Below are positions 39,520-51,560 of a DNA stretch of 64,000 nucleotides, piece after piece. The DNA is taken from NCBI RefSeq assembly GCF_018977255.1, contig NW_024704742.1, positions 45,076,001 through 45,140,000 of the forward strand, given 5' to 3'. Positions within the stretch are counted from its first letter, which is position 1; the number at the start of each line of letters is the position of its first letter. The notes under the pieces were generated by a model, which was given only the letters and a program-made list of their open reading frames with translations, did not search any database and was not told where the DNA came from. The stretch is from Callorhinchus milii. Its lineage: Eukaryota. The position numbers were made by a program, and so were the translations under genes.

Positions 39520-40190
39520 TCATGAAAATGTGTGTGCATGGGGGTTGGGTGGTGGGAGCGGAGGCTGGTGTAGGGGAGAGTGTGTCCAAAAGCGCAATTC
39601 CACATGATAGGATGTGGGTTTTGAAAGCAAAGAAGGAGGGCCAAAGCAGAGAAATTCTGGGATGGAGTCCCAGAGAGCAGGGTAGAATAGTTGAAAACTT
39701 GCCTAATGATGGTGGGGATGGAACAGGTGGGGGACATGAAGCATGCCAGTGTTTATGAGTAGAAAGAACGTCTGGGGCAGTAAGGTCATACAGGGTAGGG
39801 AGTCAGTTCAAAGTAATCCATTGGCGTTGGAGTGCCAGTTCAGCTGAGCAAGGATAGGCATGCTAGGTTTGTAGAGAACATGGGCTGTAGATTTCTGGAT
39901 AATTTGCAGCCTGTGCAGGGAGCTGGGGAGTTCTGGTGAACAGGGTGTTCAATAATTATTTTGAAGAAGTAATTATCCCAATGCTTTGGCCGATTTTCTT
40001 CAACCATCCAAATTGACATCCCCTTCCCTAGGTATGTTGGTCATGCATCATGCTTTCAGCCATCTTTACCACTCTTACACAATGCCATTGGCCCCACTCT
40101 TAGCTCAGATGCAAACCTTGGATTATCCAGCACCTTGGGACATCCTTCTGATGTGAAAGGTACTATGTAAATTTAGATTTGTATTTTATT
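39520..40190. mobile_element. Two old L2 fragments in opposite orientations (minus ~39520-39950, plus ~39980-40190)
   Basis: Degenerate L2 3' sequence; GGGACATCCTTCTGATGTGAAAGG tail on the plus copy. Confidence 0.6.
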
Positions 40191-41163
40191 ATATCTCTGC
40201 TGTTTTGGTGTGTTTACACTTGGAAATGTCCTAGTTTCTGGAAATAGAGTTTGCACTCTCTCCCTGGAGGGATGGATCCTACTTGACTAATCACAGAGAG
40301 CATTAGGTGCTGGTTGGCAAGAGCCAAGCATTATGAACCCTAGAGTGTGTGTTGGGGTACACCTGGATTTCAATCAACTAAAACTGCATAGGTTTGAGAT
40401 GTTCTACTTGAAAAAATACACAGTCATTATGCTTAACACTAAATCTTGTGACGAGCTTTGATATCTCAAAGATATGATAAGGCACTATATCAGATGCTAT
40501 AACAAGGGTAATTATTATTATTACTATCATGTCTTATTAATTATTTGTTGTCTATCTTTATCCATTTAATATGGCTGGTTAAGAGCAAGATGGTCACCCA
40601 TGATGTGGCAGCTGATAAATCTGTGCATACCAATGAGTAAATGCAGGCTATGTCGTGTGCATGAGACAATAGAGAATACTTTCCCCATCAATATATCTAA
40701 GGAACCCTGCAAATTAATGACACTGTCAAATGTTACACTATATCACATTAACATCTGCAATTGTAAACACAACAGCTGAAGATGAATGAATATATGCCAT
40801 TGTGCATACTTAGCAAGCCCTTTTGCTGAGCATACCAATTGTACGTAATGAAGAAAAATACCTCTTCTATGAACAGCTGGACTCATTCTCAGAAATATAT
40901 TCAGATGGTATTAACCTATATCTTTTTTTTTAAAAATATTTATTTCTTATTTAAACCATGTCATGGTATTTTATGAACACGGTGAACTCCTGGTAATAAG
41001 ATCCTGTCTAATACCATCACATGTCTTATATCATCGTGCTGTCAATATCCCGGCCACTTCCCACGTAAAATGTGAATAAGGGACTCTCCTTTATTTCATC
41101 ACTCTCTTGTAACATATAAAGTTGCATTCTATACATATACAGTCCAGTAAGCAAAATATCAGA

Positions 41164-41330
41164 TATATAATTGGAGCAAAGTTAACTACACTGCTTTGCC
41201 AGCCGCACCGCGATTTAGGGCCGCTCACTGAACTCTCGCAATGAGCGTCGTAGCACGAGAAATGGTTGCCTTCACCCTCAGCAAGCAACGAGATAAGCTG
41301 TGATAAGCAACGAGATTGTTGTGACAAGAT
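41164..41330 (+). promoter_or_regulatory. Candidate promoter/enhancer: TATA-like box followed by a CpG cluster
   Basis: TATATAA at 41164-41170, 10 CpGs in 41204-41312, two GATAAG motifs; not matched to any repeat in this window. Confidence 0.3.
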
Positions 41331-41614
41331 CTCTGAATAGAAATTGTAGACCTGGCCTTCTGTTGGGTTCTGCCTTGTTAAAGTCTGAGTGATTCAGGTT
41401 ATTAAACTGAGCAACATGAACAAAAAAAAGTTTATAGACATGTATGCCAATACATAAGTTTATTATTCTTAAATTATTCTTAAATGCAAGGGAGATTGGG
41501 TCTCTAATATGTGATATTTCTGAACAGAATTTCTTAGTAAGAAACATAATTATTGAATTTCTAAATGGTTAAATATTCTAAAAAATACCCATTTCTGTGA
41601 AATTTTACTTTTAA

Positions 41615-42250
41615 AAACTTGCTTTTATATAGAGCCCTTCATACTGCGTAGTGTTTCCGAGCACTTAACAGTGAGTGACGCTGAGCAGGGACACGGTAGA
41701 GGTGACTGAAAGTATGGTCAATAAGGAAGTCTTCAGGTGTGATCTGAAGATGGGGAAACAGGCAGAAACTTTGGGAACATAATGGCTGGAAACACAGGCA
41801 CCAATGGTGGAGCAGAGGGGACAAGCGACGAGCAGGAGGTCAGAGCCAGCTGAGTGAAGGCAGCGGATAGTGGATTGGGGTGTAAGCAGTTCAGAAAGGT
41901 AGGGATGAAGTAATTTGTACACAAGTTTGAAGATCTTAAAATGTATCCATTCTTTAATAGGGAGCCAAAGGAGTGTGCTAAGGACTGGGGTGATGGTGAG
42001 TTTTTGCACAGGTCAAGATATGGGAGGCGGAGTTTTGAATCGTTTGGATTTTATGAATGGTGGAACTGGGGAGCCCAGCGAGGAGAGCATTAGAATAATT
42101 GGGGTTGGGGAGTGGGTGGGGGGTGAAGAATAGGTGGATAAGGGTTTTGTCCATATTGTGTGTGAGATAAGGTCAGTGGTACGCAGTGTGGCAAAGGTGG
42201 AGTAAAAGCTATCCTGGTCAGAGGTCCCGTATGTAGAGTTGAAAGGATAG
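41615..42250 (-). mobile_element. L2 3' fragment
   Basis: ITPVLSTLLWLPIKEWIHFKI...PYLSELL. Confidence 0.82.
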
Positions 42251-43884
42251 CTTTTTAGTTACAGAAATCCATTAGTATTAATTGGTAAGGAATCCATTAA
42301 GCAATGTTATGAATTTGAGCCCATTCATTTTTTCAGTGTTCTCTTGACATTCAAAAACTTACTTAGCTTAAAGTAGGTGTGTTTTGTATTTGTATGAATC
42401 ACATTTGACCTTATACTATTCTATGCCTGGTGTCTATTGCTGAGAATATGTCTCTGAATTACCCTGGAAATGGTGGGGGAGGGAGGCTATCAACACTACT
42501 GGCAGACTTAGGCAGAGTTCCATTTTATGAGTTGTGAGAGACTATTTATTCCTTCATCGATTTTGATCATCCATAATTTTACTGCAGTTCTGCTTTTTGT
42601 GCTATGTTCCATGCCTCTGGTACACACATTGTACAGATGACCTGAGAGATTGAATTCAGGTTTCAAGTAATTTCTCACTGAACTTGGTTGGGAGGAGGAG
42701 AATCATATCTGCTTCTTCAAGACTAACTTCATTGGGAAGTAGAACACATCTATCAGAATATTACTCTTAATTGAGATTACTCAGAAGCTATTTCCATTCT
42801 CCCTGTGGAAATATACAAACAAACAACAAACATGTTATTACCTGTGATATCACCTATGGTCAAAGTTCACAAGTGAAGAGTAACCTCTTTGGTATTTGAG
42901 GGCAGCTTTTGCCCACATAAACATAAACCATGCTGGCTGGGTAAATACCTTCAACAGAGCAGGGGTGAAACTGAAAGAAAATAAGTTGTTTGCAGAACAT
43001 GGCTTATTCCAACATGAAGATAATGTTGCATACATCAGATGAATATTGTACCCTGTTATCTGAACAAGTATCATTTATCTTGGAGTGTCTCAGAGGGAAA
43101 CAAATAAACCAACCCTATTCATTTCAATGGCTCTCTAATCTGTCTGAAGTGGTTTGTGTGAAACAATCAATGATGATGCTCTCACCATGAAACAAAGATA
43201 TTCATGGTTCTTAGGAACAATTTGACTGAAGCTTGTAGGGAATGCCTAAGGCTTTTTGAAGCTCAATGAACTATTCCTAATAGAAATATTTCACAAATGT
43301 GAAGGGTATACATATATCACATATGTTACTGAATGCCTTAGGAGTATTATTACCCAATAACTGTTTTGACACTTGGACACTTGAACCATTGAAACAAAAT
43401 CCGCTGAGTAATCAAATACCAACTCATTCAATATACCCACATAAAGCAAAGAGCACAACATCCCTTAAAAGTACAGCATAGGTTCACAAGGATGATGACA
43501 GGTATGTGGGATTATAATGATAAGCGGAAATAAATGGAATAGAGAAGATTAAGAGGGAATCTGATAAAGGTTTAAAAGGTTTTAAGCAGATGAGTATTAA
43601 AACCTTATTCCCGCTAGTTGGTAATTCAGTAATTGGATGGCATGACCTCAGAACTATCATAATAATCATAAATACAAACATGTTACAGTGACTTATCACT
43701 TCAATGAGACATCTCAAAGTGGCAGACAGGATTCACTATCAAATACAGTGTCTGGATATTTGTAGGCAAATGTGGCAGCTATTTGCACATAGCAATGTCC
43801 CACAAATAGCCATGAAGTGATTGATCTATTTTATCTGGGGAATTGTTGATCAGGACACTGGGAGAAACTTCCTTTTGACTAAAC

Positions 43885-44460
43885 CCACGTACTCTTGTTC
43901 TACTGTTTTGGTCTTAGTGCATCCTAAAGTATTGCTCTGGGTTTACATTTTTAATACATTTAACATTTTGTTCACATCTATGAGGACCCATTTGAGTTGT
44001 CTTCTCTCAAGAATGATGAGCCCTAGCTTGTTCAATCATTGTTCGCAGCTCATTTCCTCCAACACTGGGAGTCATCCTTGTGGCTCTCTGCTACAGACCC
44101 CTTATGTTACAATAACCAGAAATCCATGCAATACTCTGCGTGTGGCCTGACCAGAGCACTATACAGTCTGAGTATGACGTCTGGGGATTTAACCTCAACT
44201 AATTTTGTAAAATTACTCAGCATCCTGTTGGCCTTGTTTATTGTTGTCTTACAATGTTTTAACAGTGAGCAATGAGCCAACTAACATCCATGATCTTGTT
44301 TAGCTTCCTCCTTGGCATCTTCTATCCCATCTGTAAAATCAGTGGATGTGTTTCTTATTCTTACTTCCAACATATAGCAACTTGAATTTATTGTTTGCCA
44401 TGTGTATAACCAACCAAACTCTCTTTGTAGGATCTTTATTTTTCCATTTTTCCATATTCC
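43885..44460 (-). mobile_element. Old CR1 fragment
   Basis: Minus strand gives the LYSALVRPH.EYC-type CR1 RT C-terminus. Confidence 0.72.
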
Positions 44461-45009
44461 ACCATTAAATGTAACTATCTTATATTGGTTATGTGCATCC
44501 AGGTCATTAATATGTACAAGTAACAGAAGAGTGTTCTCTTTTCGAACAGTACTGTGGGATTTGGGATTTCCACTACAACCGTACTTGGTTTAACATCTGA
44601 AGGACAGAGGAAGAACAGTATAAAGTGTATATGAAAAGAACAGGGAATTGGCATGACAGTAGTTACCTCCATATTGCCTTGAATTTCAAGTTCCTTAATT
44701 GTAGTTAGCTATCTCTAATATGGAACTCTATCAAATGAAATGAATGAAAATCCATCTCCATCTCTTTTCAACCTTGGTAGTGTCCTGCAGTGTGAGTATT
44801 GGCAGCTCATCTACATTGCTCAATATAAAAAAAAACATTTTCTGGCAACCAAGGTTACACAATTTCCAGGTGGTTTATTTTCAGGTCATTAAGTTGATTT
44901 CATTTGTATGACTTCACTATTAATTTTAGGCGATGTCTAAACTTACCAGCACTGATGTTACTGCCACAGGCAGGGAACAATATAGAGGTGAAAAATGTCA
45001 TGTTGATTA

Positions 45010-45245
45010 TGATAATAATAATAATCATTGCATTTGATATAGCACCTTATCACGTCTTCACAGAATATACTGTTCAGTGTAATATTGTGGGTGAAACTGG
45101 GAAACTAATTGCACCCAGCAGTGATCCACAAGCAGTCGTGGATTGAAGTGACCAATGTATTATTTTCTTTGAAGGAATTATTACCCCCAGAAAAGCGATC
45201 AGCGAATTGACTAACAAATGGGTTCTACTTACCGCTAGGTGACAC
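45010..45245 (-). mobile_element. SINE family A, long form, 5'-truncated
   Basis: Minus strand reads CCTAGCGGTAAGTAGAACCCATTTGTTAGTC..., matching the internal segment of the 60733 copy, followed by the shared tail. Confidence 0.8.
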
Positions 45246-45356
45246 TCTGAAACACTGACTGTCCAGCGCCTTGGGATCTCCACCTGATGTGAAAGGCACT
45301 ATACAAATGTAATTTTGTTGTTGTTGTTGTAAGTAAACAGAGTCCTGCTGGGAATC

Positions 45357-45686
45357 AATAATAATAATAATAATAATAATAATCCTTGCATTTGATATAG
45401 CGCTTTTCACGTCAGGAGGACGTCCCAAAGCGCTTCACAGAACACACTGTAAAGTGAATTGACTGTATATTTGTGGGCGAACGCGGCAGCCAATTGCGCA
45501 CAGCAATGTCCCACAAACAGTCGTAGATTGAAAATGACCAATTTATTATTGTTTTTGTTTTTGGAGGGATTATTATTAGGCGTGTGGAGTAAGGAAACTT
45601 GCCCAAGGTTTCGCCCTGCCTGGAATCAAACTCAGGTCTCTCGCTTGTGAGGCGAGTGCTCTAACCATTCAGCTACAGGACTCCAC
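45357..45686 (-). mobile_element. SINE family A, short form
   Basis: Reverse complement near-identical to 81-406. Confidence 0.93.
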
Positions 45687-46796
45687 GATAGTTTTCCCCA
45701 GTGATAATTATCACAATGTTGGACATTTTGCACTCCCCACAATTTCCCAGTAGATCACAGCTACAAGAAATGTTGGGTTAAACTGTCTCCAAAATTCTAG
45801 GATTTGCAGCGCAACAGGTTCAAAGATGTTTATTGCCTTACTGCCTTCCTGTCACTCTGACCACAAAAAAAGTGCCAAAATATTTAACTTCATCTGAACC
45901 ACTTGTATTTTTGTGAAATTGCAGCCCAGAGATCATATGCAATGGTCTTGGAGCTTGTGTGGCTCTAGTGTGATCTGGGCACTGATAAACCTTGTGCGGG
46001 TGTTTTGCCAGGATTTGGAAATGCTGAGAATATCACATTTTCTTGTAAAAGAAACGTTAAATAAATTTGAAGTGAAAGACAACACCATTAAATGCCCCAA
46101 ATGTCAAGTGTATAATACAGTTCCCTGAGATTGTAAAACACTTAAAACAATCCAATTTGGATAAAAAAGTCTACAGAAAAGGCATCTCCATAGCACCCCA
46201 TAAACAGCTTTATCCTGAAACATTTTGAGGATCACAGTTGGCATTATTTATGTGTACTGTAGTGTTTGAGTGTTATTAAACTGTACTTGCTACACTGCAA
46301 CCACAAGAGAAAACACAATCTTCAGCAAATTGCCAAAACAAACAGTTCAAAAATGTATGCAAAATCCTTCGTACACTCAGTTTTAATTAATCAAGACAAT
46401 GTTATAAGTTTGGAATACATACTATTTCATGGGTCACATAAAACGTAATTTCTGCTGACGACAATCTCAGATTAATATAGGTGTGGCATTTTCTGTAGAT
46501 ATTAATCCTCAGTCACTGTCAACAGGAATATCAGAGGAAGCTGCAAAATAACATACAATTATTCCACATGGCTGTTCCTACAACAAGAATCATAATTATC
46601 TCCAGGTTTCTGAAATGCATGTCCTGATTGTTTTGCTGAAAGATATCCTTTTGCTTAAATTCATATACGCAAAATGTAAAACCGTGTTTCTCATTTAACA
46701 ATAGTACATTTGATGTACTGGCGGTGCCATCATATGTGCAGTGGAATATTTCAGAACCAAGATCAGCAAATTAATTGCTTGACAAGATCTAGCACT

Positions 46797-46825
46797 ATGG
46801 CAGAACCACAGCACCAACAGCATAG
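46797..46825 (+). CDS. Candidate short first coding exon (MAEPQHQQH-R/S, phase 2) of an unidentified gene
   Basis: Kozak context actATGG, open frame, donor AG|GTAAGA. No homology recognised. Confidence 0.2.
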
Positions 46826-47342
46826 GTAAGAACTGGAGATAGAGAAATTAAGGAAAGGTAAAAAAAAAATCCAATAAAATATACATCAATTTAGCATCAT
46901 GAGATAAAGATCACCATGTTTCTATAAAGTGTCTGAAAAATATTTTGTTCCCCTGCCTCGCCTTGTTCAAGGATTGTCTCAAGACATAATGCTTTGACAC
47001 ATTTTCGGTCAGCTTTCCCCTCCTCACTCCATTTGGCTCCCAATCCCAACCCAGGTGCTCAGCTAGCAGTGACAAGTGTTTTGGGACGTCCTCCTGATGT
47101 GAAAGGTGTTATATAAATGTAATTTTTATTTGTATTGTATTTGCATGCGTGAGGGAAAAGGAAGTAGAGGGGAATGAGTAAGGCTGGGGGTGTGAGGGAG
47201 AATTAGGGTGTTCGGAAGCTCATGTGGAATATCATGCAGGGAATTCATAGATTCGATGCTGACACTCCAATGCAGTGCTGGAGGTGTGCTGAATTATTGG
47301 AAATGCCTTCCTTTGGATTAGATGTTAAACAGAATTCCTATC

Positions 47343-50300
47343 GACCCGAGCCTCCCCCTCCACTCCAAATGTCTCTCCTTCCGCCCCCCTCTATCCGCTA
47401 CTCCCAATCTGTCCTTCTCTCCCACCGCACTCTCCGCCTTCTCTCTCTCCTCGACCCCATCACCATTTCCCTCTGCTCCAGCCTGGGCATTCTCCGCCAG
47501 ACCCACCGTGGCTCCCAGCACTGGCTGTCCCAGAGCAGCAACCCCAAGTGTCCAATCTTCACTTCCTCCGCACAAACCGCCTCCTTAAGGCAAACATAAC
47601 CTCCCCCTCCCTCAGACGTACCCTCCCCAACTCTCCATTCACACCACTCTCCACAGCCATCTCTCCTGTACACCCTAAAATCCTCTCCGGATCACTCTCT
47701 CCTCCCTCCCCTCCCTCCAGCAAACCCACCCGCATATCCCTCCAAAACATCCGTTCCCTCTCAAACAAAGTCCTCACAATCCATGACCTCATCCTGGACG
47801 AGCACCTTGACATTCTTGGGCTCACTGAAACCTGGTTCTCCCCCAATGACCCCATCCCCCTCATGGAAGCCTCCCCTCCAGGCTACACCTTCCACCACAC
47901 CCCCCGTCCAAACCAGCATGGCGGCGGGGTGGCCCTCATCTGCAAAGCCTCCCTTGGTCTTATCCCCTACTCCTCTGGCTGCTTCCCCTACTTTGAGCAC
48001 CTCACCCTCTTCCACCCCTCCCACTGAAAATCCTCCTGCTCTACCACCTCCCTAAGCTGCCCGGCTCCTTCCACACAGACATCTCTACTCTCCTCTCTTC
48101 CCTGTCCCTCTGCTCTGAACGCCTGCTCATAATGGATGATTTTAAACTCCACCTAAATTCCCATTGCACCACTTCTGCCGATTTCACTGCCCTCCTCTCC
48201 TCCCTAAACCTCACCTTTCACATAAGTTCACCAACCCACAACTGTGGTCATGCCCTCGACCTTGTTGTCACCCACTGCCTTGACATTTCCCGACCTCAGT
48301 ATAGTGGACAAGGCCATCTCGGACCACTTCCTCATCGCCTTCTCCTCTCACATTCCTCTCTCCTCCACCAAGCCCTCAACCATTCTCTACTACCCTTGGA
48401 AAAGGCTACCTCCTGAGACCCTCACAAAGGTCCTCACATCATCAAATATCCTATCCCTCTGGTCTTCCACCCGCGGAGATCCTGAAACAGCCGTCCAGCT
48501 GCTCCATGATTGCCTCTCCTCCAACTTCAACTCCCTTGTCCCCCTGAAATCCAGGACCATCTCTAAAACCCACCCGATCCCCCTGGTACAACAACCATCT
48601 CCGCTGCCTAAAAATCCAAACCTGAGTGCTCGAGCACAGATGGCGGAAAACTGCCCTGACAGTTCACCACCAACTGTGGCTCGAAGATCTCCACAGCCAG
48701 CATCATTCTTTGACCCGCGCATAAACGGCCTTCTACTCCAACATCATCTTGGAGGCTAAAAACAATCCTAAAATCCTTTTTTCCACCACCCACTACCTCT
48801 TCTGTGCCCCACCTCAGGCTTCCTCAATCTTCACATCCAATGCCAAGTGCGAGGAGGTCATGGACTTCTTTTCATCCAAAAATACACAACCTCTGCCAGG
48901 CAGCCTCATCCACCTGTCTCTTGTCACCCATCATCTCGCTCTTTCTGTTTCCCTCACCCTCCCCATCATCAGCTCCTACCACGACTCCCATTCTATATTC
49001 CTTCCTTCCCTTCTCTCTCTCCTCCCACTCACCCACCATCACCTCAATGAAACCCACCACCTGCTGCCTCGATCCCCTCCCCACCAACCTCTGGTCACCC
49101 AGCTCCCCCTCCTTTGCCTACTACTGGCTGATGTCATCAACCAGTTCCTCTCCTCTGGATCAGTCCCTGCCCCCCTAAAAACTGCTGTCATCACCCGCCT
49201 CCTCAAAAAACCTTCCCTAGATCCCTCAAATCCCAGCCATTACTGCCCTATTTCTAACCTGCCCTTCCTCGCAAAAGTCTGGGAATGCGTTGTTGCAAAT
49301 CAACTCCGCACACACTTCTTCTCGCACTCCCTCTTCGAACCCCTCCATTACGGTTTCCGCCCTGCCCACAGTACAGAGACTGGACTTGTGAAAATCACAA
49401 ATGACATCCTCTCTATCTGTGGCAAGGGCTCCCTCTGTCTCCTTGTCCTCCTGGACCTCTCCGCCGCATTCGGAACAGTCGAACAGGCCATCCTCCTTCA
49501 CCGCCTTTCCTCCATCATCCACCTCAGTGGACCGCACTCACCTGGTTCAAGTCCTACCTCACGAACCACCATGGGTACATCTACACAAATGGCTTGTCCT
49601 CCCACTCTCACCCGGTTACCTGCGGGGTACCCCAAGGATCCATCCTTGGCCCTTCCTCTTTCTGATCTACGTGTTTCCTTTCTATGGATGTCATCCGCAG
49701 ACGTGGGGTACACTTTCACATTATGTGGATAACATCCAACTCTATTTTTCCGCCTCACTTTGCGACCCCCAGCACCCTGATGTTCTGTCAGCCTGCCTGT
49801 CAGATCTCAGGAACTGGATGAGCGCAAATTTCCTTCAACTGAATTTTGACAAGACGGAAGCCATACTCTTTGGCTCTCATCAACGTCTAAAATCACACGG
49901 TTCTCACCTCCTCCACCTACCCGACTTCTCCCATAAAGCTCTCCGAATCCTAGGCGTCAGGTTCGACCCCCAATTATCATTCCTCCCCCACATACAGGCC
50001 CTCACCAGCACCGCTTTCTTCCACTGCCGACGCATCGCCCGTCTCAACCAATACCTCATTCAAAAGCCGCTGAAACCCTGGTCCATGCCTTTGACATCTC
50101 TCGGCTGGACTATTCAAATGCCCTCCTCACCGGTCTCCCTTCCACTACCATCCATAAAATCCAGTTCATCCAAAACTCTGCCACACGCATTCTTACCCGC
50201 ACCAAACTCCGCTGCCCGATTATTCCTTGCCAGACTGCACTGGCTCCCTATCCCAGAGAGGATCGACTTCAAGATCCTCACCCTTATATTCAAGTCCCTG

Positions 50301-50653
50301 CACTCCTCTGAACCTCCCTACCTCTCTGACCGCCTCTCTCCTCACAACAGTGCCCGTTGCCTTCATTCCACCAGGTCTGGCCTATTTCTTGTCCCCTGAG
50401 TCCTCCGCTCCACACTCGGCAGCCGTGCCTTCAGCCACTATGCCCTGAGGCTTGGAACTCCCTTCCTCACACCCTTCACCTCGACCCTCTCTTCCTATTT
50501 TCAGTTCTCTGCTGCAGACCTTTCTTTTCGACCCCACCTTTGGTCACCTTCCTTCCACTCCCCCTGGCTCGGCCCTGGGATCCGTTACTGTGAAGCGCTC
50601 TGAGACGCAGTCCGGCATGGAGGGCGCTATATAAATCCAAGTTGTTGTTGTTG
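47343..50653 (+). mobile_element. L2-clade LINE, 5'-truncated, near-complete but frameshifted ORF2 (APE endonuclease plus reverse transcriptase)
   Basis: Endonuclease motifs QNIRSL, LTETW, GGGVA, PTH..GHALDL, ISDHF. RT motifs PISNLPFLAKV, GFRPAHSTET, LLDLSAAF, YVDNIQLY (degenerate YADD). C-terminal LHWLPI, 3' stem-loop and (GTT)n tail. Split across several ORFs. Confidence 0.95.
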
Positions 50654-51524
50654 TGTTCAGATAGATGTAAAGATCCATGGCACTGATTAAAAAAAGAAGG
50701 GAGCTTTTCCAATGTCCTAGCCAACAATCCTCCAAATGTTTTCAGCAGATATACTGTAATTTCAACATATGACACTCAGACCTCTGTACAAGCAATTCTC
50801 CAGTGCAGGATTCAAAAGTCACCATATACATTGGATCCTGCTCCCCTGTTCCTTATCCTGCCATCCTTGAACTCCAGCCACTATTTGGAAAAGAAAGTAG
50901 AACCAGACATTCTTGTCTCCAGTCTCAGATAGTGTAAAGCAGCAATGTTATACTCTGCACAATGGCTTCCCTAGGTAATCCCAACCAACACCCATTCAGC
51001 TCCCACAGCAGGCATCCAACCTAACTATCTTCATCCTTTATCTTGCTCCAAACTCCCAAAAGTTCCAGCAGCTGCGAGTGCCAACACAGACAAACTTAAT
51101 GCCATCAACAAGTGAAGCAAATGCTGGCAGAATTCCTCCTCCCCTTCCAAAACCCCGAAAACTCTCTCTTTACAATAACTCCACTAGGAAAACACAGAGT
51201 AAATCAACACCTCTTCCCCAACCTTCCCTACCTACCCAAGCACCCACAGGAGCCAAGCATCAAAGATCATACACTTTAACAACAACAACTTTCAAGTGCC
51301 CTTAATATTTCAGAGCTGTATAAGATCTGATTTGCGTGGATGTGTCAATACCATGTAACCAGAATGGTACCATATAACCTGTAATAATCGTCACCTCAAG
51401 GGAGCATGTGAATAACAAAAACACTTTTTATGGACGCAATCAGGATAAGTGACAGACAGTTACTTACCCCATTGCTTTCTTTGTAAAAACACTTCCCTGG
51501 TTTGTTTAAAACTACAAAGCCAAG

Positions 51525-51560
51525 ATTTGCATCAAGTTAGCATAGATGCTTGATGCAAAT
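51525..51560. repeat. Perfect 12-bp inverted repeat with 12-nt spacer; each arm holds an octamer ATGCAAAT
   Basis: ATTTGCATCAAG-ttagcatagatg-CTTGATGCAAAT. Confidence 0.9.

Noticed and set aside
42842..42970. Minus-strand 129-bp exon-like segment with good acceptor (ttttctttcag) and donor (CAG|GTAATA)
   Set aside because: All three frames contain stops, so it is not an internal coding exon. A non-coding exon cannot be excluded.
47343..50653. Active or domesticated LINE
   Set aside because: ORF2 has multiple frameshifts and stops, the catalytic YADD is degraded to YVDN, and the 5' end and ORF1 are missing.
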